From a virus, in the IMG/VR virus record IMGVR_UViG_3300002461_000585, positions 528 through 64,527 of that record: a stretch of DNA of 64,000 nucleotides; one strand, written 5' to 3'. A program made the position numbers and the translations under genes. Positions 52,011 through 61,441 of the stretch are shown in pieces. Positions within the stretch are counted from its first letter, which is position 1. Every line of letters begins with the position of its first letter. The notes below the pieces were generated by a model. The model searched no databases and was not told the origin of the DNA. It worked only from the letters and a program-made list of their open reading frames with translations.

Positions 52011-54975
52011 AGGCTCCCATCGGGGCGCTGAAGCGCATGGTGTTGACCCGCATCTCGGGTGAGTCGGTGCCTGCGGTCAGGTTCTTCTTCACCTCGAACT
52101 TGACTTCGTACATCTGGCCCTTGGCCCTGCGCGAGCGCACCAACTCGATCATCTGGCGCTTGAAGTCCGCGTAGCCGAAGCTCATGGCCGCGCAGTGCTG
52201 GCGCATCAGCTGCTCCTCGATGTAGAAGTCCTTGGTCTCGTTCTTGACGCCCAGTTCAACCCGGCCCATGACCGAGCCCTTGGTGCTGCTGCGGGTGGAG
52301 AGGTCCATGCCAAGCTCGGCCTTGGTCTTGCCCAGTTCGTCGCGGCGCACGGTGACGAAGCGCCCGTTGTGATCCCCGATGAAGCTGGAGAGCACGTCCT
52401 CGGCGGTGCGCACGGACTTCTTGTGGTTCTCGCGGGCCTTGTTCACCAGCCCCAGCAGCGCGTCGGTCACGCCCTGGATCGGCACATCCACGATGCCGGC
52501 GTACTTGGAACTGCACAGGATCGCGGCGGCCACCACGGCGGTGCAGGCCGAGTGCCAGTACCGCTCTTCATCGGCGAAGCTGAGTTGGTCGCGCAGCAGC
52601 GCGTGGGTGCGGTCCCAGACCTTGCGCACCGTGGTGTAGTTGGCCACCATGTAGCGGACCCACTTCTCACCGGCCACGCCGTAGTTCTGGCGCATGGCGC
52701 CGATGTGCTCGCGTTCCTCGTCGCTGAAGTCCAGCTGCTTGGTGGGGTTCCACTCCAGCATGCGCATCACCTCGCCGTTGCTGGAGTGCTTGCGTGCGCC
52801 GGTCAGCACGTCTGTCAGGTGGGTGTTGGACGTCATGGTGCAGGACAGCGCCCAGGTGCTGTTGTTCACCCGCTCGCGGTTGGCGCCCGACTCCATGCGC
52901 TCTTTGCCCTGGCCCTCGGAGATGTTGAAGATGAACTCGGGGATCCACTCCACGTCGTTGCGCGCCTTGGTGGTGATCTCGTCGATCAGCAGGGGCAGGC
53001 TGTTGAGCAGGCCCGCGCGCTGTTGCATGGCGACCTGCGAGGTGCCCTTGCCGGTGCGGTAGCGGATGGGCTGACCCCAGACGCTGGCGATGGCCGTGAG
53101 CGTGAGCGACTTGCCGGTGCCCGAGGCGGTGGAGCCGATGTGCCAGACGAAGCCCTCATACTCGCTGAAGTGCATGAGCGTGGAGCCGAAGGCGTTGAGG
53201 CACAGCGCCAGCATCGTGTGCATCTTGCGCTTGACCATGACGTCCCAGAAGCCGCGCCACTCCTCGATGGTGCCCTTGGCGTTGGTCACGCGGTTGATGT
53301 TCTCCAGACCCGGCATCGGCACGGGCAGCGCGGAGCCGTCGGCGCGGAAGATGCGGTTGTTGTAGACGAAGCTGCGGTCCTTCTGCCAGCCGAACTGGAT
53401 CGGCACGTCCACCGCCTCGCGCTCCATGCCTGCTTGGTCTACAGCGCCGCGCACGTAGTCGTAGAGGAAGGGGTCGTTGAACTTGCCGTTGGCAGCACTC
53501 ACGCCGAAGCCGGCGAGCACCTTGAGCAGTTCGTCTTTGGATACGATCGTCTTTTGCGGCAGCAGGATCGGGATGTACTCCATCGGGCGCTTGCCCTCGT
53601 CGTCTTCCGGGCCGCAGGGCTTGATCGCCATGAGGTGGGCGAACTTCTCGTTGCCCTCCATGCGCAGGATCTCGACCACATACAGGTCGTAGGGCAGCAC
53701 CACCACCTGGACCTTGGACTTGGTGCCGCTGCTGTCTTCCATCTCCACCGTGCGGTAGATGCCGCCGTGGCGACCGTAGTCGAAGCCCTTGGGCGGTGTG
53801 GGGCGTGTGAAGCTGCGCGTAGCTGGTGCCGGTGCGTCTTCGTCTTCCAGATCGGCCGCGCTGGGCTTGGATGTGGGGACTTCGATCTGACGCGGCGCGT
53901 TGTCCACAGCCACCTCGCGGCCCAGCGCCAGCGGGTTGGTGATCCGGCCCCAGTGCGCGCAGCCGCTGCAGATGCCGGGGTTCTCGCTGTCGAGCTTGAC
54001 GCAGGGGTAGGGGCCCTTGATGCTGTCGAGCTTCTCGCGGGTGCGTTCGGGCGTGTAGGGGTGCAGCGCCGAGAGCTTGTGCGCATACTCGTCGCCGTCT
54101 TCGCAGACCTTGGCCAGGGACAGCAGGCCGCGCCACAGCGGCTCCATGCCATCGTCTTCGGCGTTGTTGATGTAGTAGTCGAGTTGGGCGCAGCCGTTGC
54201 CCTTCTCGGTCTTCATCCAGATGGTCTCGAAACGCGTCATCGCGTTGCCCATCAGTGCCTCGGCTGTGGAGGTCTTGCTGTTCTTGCGGGTGGGGGCAGC
54301 ACCGTTGAGCCCCAGGCCAGCGCCAGCACTGCTGGGCGGCATCGAGAACTCTTCACGCAGCAGGCCGCGCACCGTGGCGCCGAAGCGGCGCAGGTCGACC
54401 TTGGCGTCACCTGTCTGCAGCACCTTGACCGGGCGGGGCTCGCCGTACTTGGCTTTGAAGTTGAACGTGCCGGGGATGCGCAACACGCGCGCCGCGTCGG
54501 CGGTGACAGTCATGTCGATGGACAGACCTTCCTGCTTGCACAGGCGCTTGAACGCCTCGGCCACAGGTTTCCACTGCGAGATCTCGGCCACCTGCGACAG
54601 GGGCCAGTAGGCGTGCAGCCCGCCGCCGGATGACAGGATGTGGGGCGTGCCGAAGGCGTCCAGGCCGGTCTTCTCCAGAAAGCTGAACAGCGCCGTGCCG
54701 GCCGCGGCCTTGCTCTCGTAGCCGTCCATGTCGATGAAGAGCGCCTTGATGTTCTCGGCGTTGTCGGCTTTGCGGCCCTTGTTCGGGTCTGCGAATGTGG
54801 AGAGCGCGAAGTACACGTCGCGCTTCTTGCCCAGCCACTGCTTGACGAATGGCTTGATCTCGGAGAGGTCTTCGACGAAGGCGTGCTGCTTGCGCGCAGT
54901 GTTCAGTTCGGCCACGCAGTAGTGGCCGTGACCCGGCGACGGCAGGACCGCCGCAAGGAACTCAAGCGGTTTCAT
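51976..54975 (-). CDS. Primase-helicase (AEP/RepB-like N-terminus plus DUF927 helicase domain)
   Basis: FIDMD...SSGGGLHAYW...DAARVLRIPGT; Walker A GSTASGTGKS; LLIDE. Confidence 0.85.
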   Translation of the reverse strand: MKPLEFLAAVLPSPGHGHYCVAELNTARKQHAFVEDLSEIKPFVKQWLGKKRDVYFALSTFADPNKGRKADNAENIKALFIDMDGYESKAAAGTALFSFLEKTGLDAFGTPHILSSGGGLHAYWPLSQVAEISQWKPVAEAFKRLCKQEGLSIDMTVTADAARVLRIPGTFNFKAKYGEPRPVKVLQTGDAKVDLRRFGATVRGLLREEFSMPPSSAGAGLGLNGAAPTRKNSKTSTAEALMGNAMTRFETIWMKTEKGNGCAQLDYYINNAEDDGMEPLWRGLLSLAKVCEDGDEYAHKLSALHPYTPERTREKLDSIKGPYPCVKLDSENPGICSGCAHWGRITNPLALGREVAVDNAPRQIEVPTSKPSAADLEDEDAPAPATRSFTRPTPPKGFDYGRHGGIYRTVEMEDSSGTKSKVQVVVLPYDLYVVEILRMEGNEKFAHLMAIKPCGPEDDEGKRPMEYIPILLPQKTIVSKDELLKVLAGFGVSAANGKFNDPFLYDYVRGAVDQAGMEREAVDVPIQFGWQKDRSFVYNNRIFRADGSALPVPMPGLENINRVTNAKGTIEEWRGFWDVMVKRKMHTMLALCLNAFGSTLMHFSEYEGFVWHIGSTASGTGKSLTLTAIASVWGQPIRYRTGKGTSQVAMQQRAGLLNSLPLLIDEITTKARNDVEWIPEFIFNISEGQGKERMESGANRERVNNSTWALSCTMTSNTHLTDVLTGARKHSSNGEVMRMLEWNPTKQLDFSDEEREHIGAMRQNYGVAGEKWVRYMVANYTTVRKVWDRTHALLRDQLSFADEERYWHSACTAVVAAAILCSSKYAGIVDVPIQGVTDALLGLVNKARENHKKSVRTAEDVLSSFIGDHNGRFVTVRRDELGKTKAELGMDLSTRSSTKGSVMGRVELGVKNETKDFYIEEQLMRQHCAAMSFGYADFKRQMIELVRSRRAKGQMYEVKFEVKKNLTAGTDSPEMRVNTMRFSAPMGAFGEDDVAVEQA

Positions 54976-54989
54976 GGAGATCCTTGGGG

Positions 54990-55181
54990 TCAGCTGACGA
55001 CGAGAGGGACGCGCGTTACTTGGCGGCCGGCGTAGTCGAGGTGTCCGTGGCGGAAGAGCTCAATAAAGCGAAGGGCTACGTGCTCGAGCACTTCAGGCGT
55101 GGCGTTGACCACGCCATCGTTCTCCACCATCTGCGCCAACTCGCGGTTGGTCAGTCCGTGGTAATTTTGAATTCCTGACAT
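54990..55181 (-). CDS. Small hypothetical protein (63 aa)
   Basis: LTNRELAQMV pattern; operon context. Confidence 0.55.
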   Translation of the reverse strand: MSGIQNYHGLTNRELAQMVENDGVVNATPEVLEHVALRFIELFRHGHLDYAGRQVTRVPLVVS

Positions 55182-55447
55182 ATTGCTCTCCAGACTTGTT
55201 CGGTTGTTTTGCGTTCGGCGTGCGCGCGCTCCATGATGCGGATCAGGGCTTGCACGCGTGGCTTGAAGACGGGGAAGATCTCGCCGCCTTTCATCCAGTT
55301 GTAGACGCTCTGGCGGGTGACCCCGACGGCGATGGCAACCCGAATGACGGAGAGGTCGAAATAGATCGCCCAGCGCCCAAGGGCAGCGCCCATGTTGGTC
55401 ATGGGCAGCTTCTTGATCTGCGCGACGACTTTGGGTTGGTACGGCAT
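55151..55447 (-). CDS. Cro/XRE-like helix-turn-helix DNA-binding protein
   Basis: SVIRVAIAVGVTRQSVYNWMKG HTH. Confidence 0.8.
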   Translation of the reverse strand: MPYQPKVVAQIKKLPMTNMGAALGRWAIYFDLSVIRVAIAVGVTRQSVYNWMKGGEIFPVFKPRVQALIRIMERAHAERKTTEQVWRAICQEFKITTD

Positions 55448-55482
55448 GGTGTGGGAAGAGGGGCCGAAGCCCCTCCGCTCAA

Positions 55483-56586
55483 TCAGTCGTCCCAGCCATC
55501 CACGACCGACGCGAGGTCGGCCTTGCCGGCAGGCTCGGGCTTGTCCTTGGCGCTCTTGCGCACGGCAGGCGCTTCGTCTTCGTCTGCAGCAACTGCGGGC
55601 TTGGACTTGGCCTTCGGTGCAGGCGCCTCGTCGTCCTCGTCGGCCGCTGCAGGCTTGGACTTGGCCTTCGGTGCGGGCGCCTCGTCGTCTTCGTCAGCGG
55701 GAGCCGCAGGTTTCGCCTTGGCTTTCGGTGCAGGTGCGTCATCGTCGTCCTCGGCCTTCGGCTTGGCCTTGGCGCGCGACTTCGGTGCCGGTGCATCTTC
55801 CTCGGCTTTCTTCGCGGGGCGCTTGCCCTCGACGGGGTCGGCCACCTTGTCGATCTGCGTCACGGTCATGGTCACAGCCTTCTCGGCGTCGTCGCTCTCG
55901 GCCAGAAGCTCGACCGCGTCGAACTCGTCCTGCTCCAGGTAGCGCATGGCCTTGAAGACCACCTTCTGGCCCTCGGTGTCGTCCGACGTGTCGAACTTCA
56001 TGCGGGTCACCACCATCTCGGGGCTGATCTTCTGGGCGCCCAGGAAGCGCGCGTACTCCTGCAGCGGACGCTTGTCGCCCTCGGCCTTGCCGAACAGGCT
56101 CGTGGCAGGCACGGTGAAGCTCATCACCGAGGCCTTGTCGCCGTTCTCGACCAGATCGCTGGCGGTCACCAGTGCAACGCGCTGCTGGAAGCGGCATGCA
56201 CGGCTGTTGCCCTTGCCCGAGCCGGCCACGTTCTGCTCGCACTTGGCGCAGGTGTTGGCCTGAGGTTCCTTGATGGTCGCGTCGGGCGCGTCGCCGTCGC
56301 TGCTCCAGCAGTCAGGTGGGCCGGGGTTCGCAGCGTCGTAGGTGCCGAGGTACAGCACGCGGGAGACCTTGGGGGCGGCTTTGATGACCACCACGTCGAG
56401 GTAGCGCTCTTCGACCTGGGCCAGTTCCTTGCCGCCGTCCATGAGGCGCCAGACGCCGTTCTTCATGGAGAGACGCTTGCCACCGGCGGCACTGCCCATG
56501 AGGGCTGCTGCGGTCGCAGAGGTGCCTGCTTTGGCACGCAGGTGGGCGGGCAGTTGGCCGCCAAAAAGAGTAACTTCGGATCCCAT
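55483..56586 (-). CDS. Putative single-stranded DNA-binding protein with repetitive acidic/Pro-Lys-Ala tail
   Basis: CWS.DG...C..C.QN..GSG...RACR motif; PAPKAK..DEDDE repeats; acidic WDD end. Confidence 0.7.
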   Translation of the reverse strand: MGSEVTLFGGQLPAHLRAKAGTSATAAALMGSAAGGKRLSMKNGVWRLMDGGKELAQVEERYLDVVVIKAAPKVSRVLYLGTYDAANPGPPDCWSSDGDAPDATIKEPQANTCAKCEQNVAGSGKGNSRACRFQQRVALVTASDLVENGDKASVMSFTVPATSLFGKAEGDKRPLQEYARFLGAQKISPEMVVTRMKFDTSDDTEGQKVVFKAMRYLEQDEFDAVELLAESDDAEKAVTMTVTQIDKVADPVEGKRPAKKAEEDAPAPKSRAKAKPKAEDDDDAPAPKAKAKPAAPADEDDEAPAPKAKSKPAAADEDDEAPAPKAKSKPAVAADEDEAPAVRKSAKDKPEPAGKADLASVVDGWDD

Positions 56587-57155
56587 TATTTTGCTCCTTG
56601 CAAGAGGGTTTGGTTGGCTTGAAAAATTGCGATCAGGTGATCCATCTGAGCCTTCGCATCAGATGCGGCGTCATGTTCGATCGAGTTCGTTGGTTTGAGC
56701 AACTTCTCCGGGTCGAGCATCTTGTAGAGCGTCATGAGGTCACGCTCCATGTAGTAGGGCCAGGGCTTGGGCTCCCGCAGATCGGGGCGCGCCACGCTGA
56801 AGGCGTGTGTGAGGATGGGCAGGTCGAACATCGCGGGGCTGGCCCAGACCGTGGCGCCACCTTTCTCGCCACCAATCGCTTCGTATGCAGCGGTCAGCAC
56901 GGCGAAGAGGGTTGCGACCCCCATGCGCGTCACGTTCTTGGGGTAGACGGCGGAGCGTGCAGCGTCGCTCTGGTTCATCCACCACACCACGGTCTCGAAG
57001 TCCACCTTCTGCTCGGGCAGCGGCTGGATGTACAGGTTGGTCGGGTGAATGACGTAGTCGCCGGTGGTGAGGTCTGCGGCGCAGAAGCCGACTTGGTGCA
57101 CGACCGTGGTCGGCAGCAGGCCCAGCGTCTCGATGTCGATCATGAGGGCTTTCAT
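56586..57155 (-). CDS. DEDDh 3'-5' exonuclease (DUF5051-like)
   Basis: MIDIETLG, FDLPIL, RD..T, HDAASDA motifs. Confidence 0.85.
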   Translation of the reverse strand: MKALMIDIETLGLLPTTVVHQVGFCAADLTTGDYVIHPTNLYIQPLPEQKVDFETVVWWMNQSDAARSAVYPKNVTRMGVATLFAVLTAAYEAIGGEKGGATVWASPAMFDLPILTHAFSVARPDLREPKPWPYYMERDLMTLYKMLDPEKLLKPTNSIEHDAASDAKAQMDHLIAIFQANQTLLQGAK

Positions 57156-57463
57156 GGCAGCACCTCCCAGTCTTCAGCAAGCATGTCTGTTTGGGACGCA
57201 AGCCAGCCCGTGACCGTGGCGCCAGACGCAGCGCGCATGTTGATGTTGGGCAGACGCGTCACGGTGCCTGTGTCGCCGTTCTCGAAAAGAGTGCGTCGGA
57301 TGCCGTCGACAGTTGCCTCACTGTCCTGCAACAGCGGCTCGCTGCTGTCCACGCTACCTTTGTTCAAGTAGATGAACATGCCCTTGCCGTTCCAGCCCGC
57401 GCGTGCGACGCGCTTGCCTTGCTTGAGCGCACGAAGCGCCTCTCCAAAAGTGAAGTTGCTCAT
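57152..57463 (-). CDS. tad2: DUF2829 / Tad2-like anti-defence sponge protein
   Basis: FGEALRALKQGKRVARAGWNGKGMF...GWLASQTDMLAEDW signature. Confidence 0.8.
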   Translation of the reverse strand: MSNFTFGEALRALKQGKRVARAGWNGKGMFIYLNKGSVDSSEPLLQDSEATVDGIRRTLFENGDTGTVTRLPNINMRAASGATVTGWLASQTDMLAEDWEVLP

Positions 57464-57879
57464 TATTTGGCTCCTGGTTTGCGCACGCTGATCACGTACT
57501 TGGCGTCGGTCATCAGCGAGGGGATGGCGACGTCGGGGTTGTCTTCGAGGAACTGCGCGGTGTTCTTCTGCGCCACGCGCTTCTCGAACAGGTCCAGCGC
57601 GTCGTGCTGCACGCAGAACGCTTTGAAGGCGTCCCAGTCCTGCACGCTGTAGCGCGTCGATTTGCTCATGATGATGGTGCCCTCTTCGGTCTTCACCGAA
57701 GTGACGCCTGCGGCCTTCATGTGCTCTTTCATGGCGTCGGACACGACCTCAAGCTGGGCTTCCAGGCCCGCAATCTTCGTGTCGTATTCCTGGGTGAGGG
57801 TGGCCTTCGCATCGCGGATCTTGCGATAGATTTTGGCCAGACGGTCCAACGGGACCGGGGCGGTCTCTGTAGTACTCAT
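57463..57879 (-). CDS. Conserved replication-region coiled-coil protein
   Basis: YRKIRD...SVKTEEGT...DWDAF...LFEKRV pattern. Confidence 0.75.
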   Translation of the reverse strand: MSTTETAPVPLDRLAKIYRKIRDAKATLTQEYDTKIAGLEAQLEVVSDAMKEHMKAAGVTSVKTEEGTIIMSKSTRYSVQDWDAFKAFCVQHDALDLFEKRVAQKNTAQFLEDNPDVAIPSLMTDAKYVISVRKPGAK

Positions 57880-57918
57880 GGTGCTTTCCTGATGGTTGAA
57901 ACTGTAAAACCTTTGACA

Positions 57919-57946
57919 ATCATAGCGGGTATTTTCTGGTGTGCAA
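57919..57946 (-). promoter_or_regulatory. Sigma70-like promoter TTGCAC-N16-TATGAT
   Basis: AT-rich intergenic stretch upstream of the 57879 operon. Confidence 0.55.
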
Positions 57947-57952
57947 CCCCCT

Positions 57953-59512
57953 TTACTCGTTAAATTCGCTGCGGAACAAATCGACCAGAAGTGTGTGGTC
58001 GCTCACTTTCATGGAGACCGCTTTGAACATCTTCTGTTCGACCGGGCTGGACTCGATGTGGATGACGCGCACGCTGTCGCTGGTCTGCCCTTTGCGGTCG
58101 GCCCGCGCGATGCACTGCAGGTACAACTCGACACTCATGACCGGCCCGTAGAAGATCACCGTGTCCGCAGCGGTCAGCGTGATGCCGTGCGCTGTGGCTT
58201 GCGGCTGCAGGATCAGCACACGCGTGAGGTCGGTCGACTGGAAGTCCTCGATGATGCGCGCGCGTTTGCCGGCGCTCACGTCGCCGTGGATCTGTGTGGC
58301 CGTGACGCCGTGCTTGGTGAGGTCCGCGTGCAGCGTGTCCATGCTGGAGCGGAACAACGCGAAGATGATGACCTTGCGGTCGGTCTCTTCCAGGATCTCG
58401 CGCACCGCGTGCAGCCGGGGGCCTGCGTCGAACTCGATGACCTCGTGCTCGTCGGTGTAGGCAGCGCCGGCGCTGATCTGCAGCAGCTTGCTCACGGCCA
58501 CGCCAGCGTTCACCGCGCTGATGGTCTCGCCCGAGGTGCGCACCATCAACTGCGTCTTGAGCATGTCGTAGTACTTCTTCTGCTGCGGCGACATCTCGAC
58601 ATGGCGCGTCTCGGTGATCACGGGCGGCAGGTCCAGGCAGTCCTTCTTCGCGAAGCGGATGGCGGGCTGCAGCGCCTCGAACACCATGTCGCGTGCGTTG
58701 GGCTTGGGCACCCACTTGAACTGCGTCACCTTGTTCATGACCTTCTCTTTCCACGCGGTCACGAACTTGGGCACACGCTCCGGTGAGACCAGCTTGGCCA
58801 AACCATAGGCGTCCACGGGCGACTGCGATGCCGGCGTGCCGGTCATCATCCACAGCAGGGTCTCGGGCTTCAAGATCGAGTTCAGTGCCTTCCAGCGCCG
58901 GGTGTTCGTGTTCTTGTAGGCGTTGGCCTCATCGACGATCACCAGATCGAAGCGACCATCGGCGCGCACCTCGTGGGCGATCAGGTTCAGGCCCTCGTAG
59001 TTGACCACCACGAACTCGTAGTCGCCCTGAATCATCTCGATGCGGCGTGAGGCCTTGCTGTGGTGCGCCACGATGGCGCTGCGGTGCATGATGCTGTTCA
59101 TGATGTCCGCGATCCACGCCGTGTACATGATCGACATCGGGCAGAGCACCAGGACGCGACGCACGCGCTTGATGCGCATGAGGTAGTCGGCCGCCCACAG
59201 GACGCTGATCGTCTTCATGGTGCCGGGCTCGTTGAGCACGAAGCAGCGGTTGTGCAGCGTGGCAAAGGCCGCGGTCTCGATCTGGTGCTGTGCAGGGCGG
59301 TAGCGCCCCGGCCAGTCGTAGCGCCCGACGATGGGCGAGGGCACCTTGGTGAACCCCATGTTGCGCATGACGCGCACTTCATCCAGGCCCCAGTGCACAG
59401 CGATCTCAGCCCCGCCGGGGACTTCATTGAGCACCTTGTGCTTGGGGATGATCGCAAACTTCTCCGGATAGCGCGTCTTCAGAATGACGGCTTTGTTTTC
59501 GTGAATGTGCAT
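57953..59512 (-). CDS. SNF2-like superfamily 2 helicase
   Basis: NEPGTMKT, VIVDEAN, MTGTP, Q..ARADR motifs. Confidence 0.9.
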   Translation of the reverse strand: MHIHENKAVILKTRYPEKFAIIPKHKVLNEVPGGAEIAVHWGLDEVRVMRNMGFTKVPSPIVGRYDWPGRYRPAQHQIETAAFATLHNRCFVLNEPGTMKTISVLWAADYLMRIKRVRRVLVLCPMSIMYTAWIADIMNSIMHRSAIVAHHSKASRRIEMIQGDYEFVVVNYEGLNLIAHEVRADGRFDLVIVDEANAYKNTNTRRWKALNSILKPETLLWMMTGTPASQSPVDAYGLAKLVSPERVPKFVTAWKEKVMNKVTQFKWVPKPNARDMVFEALQPAIRFAKKDCLDLPPVITETRHVEMSPQQKKYYDMLKTQLMVRTSGETISAVNAGVAVSKLLQISAGAAYTDEHEVIEFDAGPRLHAVREILEETDRKVIIFALFRSSMDTLHADLTKHGVTATQIHGDVSAGKRARIIEDFQSTDLTRVLILQPQATAHGITLTAADTVIFYGPVMSVELYLQCIARADRKGQTSDSVRVIHIESSPVEQKMFKAVSMKVSDHTLLVDLFRSEFNE

Positions 59513-59513
59513 G

Positions 59514-59750
59514 TCAGTGGCCGTTGTCGCTCATGTTCGCCTTGGGCGCTCGCAGACGCGTGTTGCTCTTGGTGCTCTTGCCGCCGTTCTTGATCTTCTT
59601 GACGTGATCGATGTGCTTGCCGTCGCGGTCCACGCCGGCCGCATCGTAGGCACGCCGCGCACGCTGGCGCTCGATCTGATCCTTGGTCTCGCCTCGGGCC
59701 TTCTCCAGCTTGTACTGGTGCTTGTAGTCACGTTTGCCGTTTGTTTGCAT
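59514..59750 (-). CDS. Small HNH-like protein (78 aa)
   Basis: RDYK..Y...DGKHIDH..KIKNGG...SN.R...N motif. Confidence 0.7.
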   Translation of the reverse strand: MQTNGKRDYKHQYKLEKARGETKDQIERQRARRAYDAAGVDRDGKHIDHVKKIKNGGKSTKSNTRLRAPKANMSDNGH

Positions 59751-59752
59751 AG

Positions 59753-60241
59753 CTACCTCGTCGTGTAGTGGGTGAAGTGTTCTTTAGCAGCCGTCAAGTA
59801 TGCGCGGCGTGCTTCCTGGACAGTTTCAAAAGAGCCGAGATGTTTTTCCTTCCCCCGAACTGTAATTCGCGCCATCCATTTGCCCGACGCCCCTGTAGGA
59901 CGAACCCCTTTGAAGGGGTTTTTGCTGTGCGATCTCTGACAAGAGTTCTGCATGTTCTGCGCATGTGTCGCTTCGCGCAAGTTACGCCACCTGTTATCGG
60001 TACGAACTCCGTTCCGATGGTCTATAAATTGAGTCGGCAAACTGCCCGTGCGCATGGCCCACACAGTTCTGTGCACGTAGTGCCAAACGGCGTTTACCCG
60101 AACCTGCAAGTACCCTGCGCTGTGCAACGTCCCGACTACAGCGCCTGCGCGCCCTTTACCGCTGTTGATGCGTCGGGTCAAAAGACCCGTCTTGGCGTCG
60201 TAAAGGAACAGTTCGCGATACCGATCCACTGTTTCACACAT
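59753..60241 (-). CDS. HNH-AP2 homing endonuclease
   Basis: IDHRNGVRTDNRWRNLREAT; FKGV...KW.ARI...HLGSF (AP2). Confidence 0.9.
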   Translation of the reverse strand: MCETVDRYRELFLYDAKTGLLTRRINSGKGRAGAVVGTLHSAGYLQVRVNAVWHYVHRTVWAMRTGSLPTQFIDHRNGVRTDNRWRNLREATHAQNMQNSCQRSHSKNPFKGVRPTGASGKWMARITVRGKEKHLGSFETVQEARRAYLTAAKEHFTHYTTR

Positions 60242-60249
60242 GATGCACC

Positions 60250-60918
60250 TCAATGTTTCGGATGGTGTTCGCACGCGGTGTGTTCGCACCACGGGCACAG
60301 GGGGCCGGGCTTCGGCGGGAACTGACCCACCTCAATCGCCGCCTCGATTTTGGCAGTCTTCTCCTTCAGCTTCCACCACTGCTTCTCGACGTCGTCGATC
60401 ACCATGCGCGACTTCTTGAGGTCGTTGTAGAGCAGGAAGATGATGGCCGAGTTGACTTGGCGCAGGTGGCCGTAGTGGGCGAAGGTGAACAGCGACATGA
60501 GCGTCATCTGATCGAAGTCGGGGTACTTGTTCTTGCCCGTCTTCCAGTCCACCACCCAGGCCTTGAGGTCGTCATCGTCGATGGCGATGTGGTCGATCTT
60601 GCCGCGCAGCCAGACCTTCTTGTCGAAGAAGTCGCACGGTGTCAGATCGCGTCGCACACCCACGGCAAGCTCGGCTTGATGGCGCCCGGGCTTGGCCAGC
60701 ACCGCCTTGATCACAGGCAGAAACTGCTCGTGCTGCTTGGGGATGGGTTTCTGCAGGTTGGTGTGGTCTTCGAGCGCCTTGTGCACCTCGTCACCGTAGC
60801 GCGCCGCTTCGCTCTGCTGGTAGGGGTAGAGCTTCAGGATGCGCTTGGCTTCGAATTTTCTCGGACATTGCATAAATTCTTTAATACTCGTGTGCGAGTG
60901 CACGTACGGCTTACTCAT
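60250..60918 (-). CDS. PD-(D/E)XK (RecB/Cas4-like) exonuclease
   Basis: CPRKF, RGKIDH...VVDWKTGK, QM..., C-terminal LCPWCE. Confidence 0.85.
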   Translation of the reverse strand: MSKPYVHSHTSIKEFMQCPRKFEAKRILKLYPYQQSEAARYGDEVHKALEDHTNLQKPIPKQHEQFLPVIKAVLAKPGRHQAELAVGVRRDLTPCDFFDKKVWLRGKIDHIAIDDDDLKAWVVDWKTGKNKYPDFDQMTLMSLFTFAHYGHLRQVNSAIIFLLYNDLKKSRMVIDDVEKQWWKLKEKTAKIEAAIEVGQFPPKPGPLCPWCEHTACEHHPKH

Positions 60919-61441
60919 CTCCAAATCCTCCCGCGCAAACACGCGCCACGTTTGATAGAGTGCACCCGAATTGGGCTGCAATGCTTTTGTAGGTCTTCCC
61001 TGTGCCGCGTAGGCTTCGAATCTGCGCAGCAGCGTCTCTGTCTAGCTTGGCCCAGGGCACCGTTGGGCGGCGGCCAGCAGCGTCTTTCTGTTGCTCGTTT
61101 TCCAGACGCGTCGCCCATTCCAAATTAACCAGTCGGTTGTCAGCGCGGTCGTGGTTCTTGTGCGCCGCCTCAAGCCCCTCCGCAGGTTCCCCTAGAAATG
61201 CACACAGCACGACACGGGCCACTAAAAAAGTCTTGGACTTTCCGTCGCGACTGAACCGCACAGAGCGGTACCCGTCTTCGTTGGTGTACTGCTTCAACAC
61301 GCACGCCGCCCTGCGGATCACCGACGTGCGACCGTTTGCGTACCTGCGCAGCACTTCTCGAGGAACGCTACGGACGACACCTGCTGAAGACACTTCGTAC
61401 AGCCCTTCGTACCCGGGCACGGGCTTCCAGAGCCTCTTCAC
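60911..61441 (-). CDS. NUMOD4-HNH homing endonuclease
   Basis: WKPVPGYEGLYEVSS; AAHKNHDRADNRLVNLEWAT..EN. Confidence 0.9.
   Translation of the reverse strand: MKRLWKPVPGYEGLYEVSSAGVVRSVPREVLRRYANGRTSVIRRAACVLKQYTNEDGYRSVRFSRDGKSKTFLVARVVLCAFLGEPAEGLEAAHKNHDRADNRLVNLEWATRLENEQQKDAAGRRPTVPWAKLDRDAAAQIRSLRGTGKTYKSIAAQFGCTLSNVARVCAGGFGDE

Noticed and set aside
57953-59512. Dead helicase (DEAN instead of DEAH)
   Set aside because: Motif II variants are common in phage SNF2-like proteins; the other motifs are intact.
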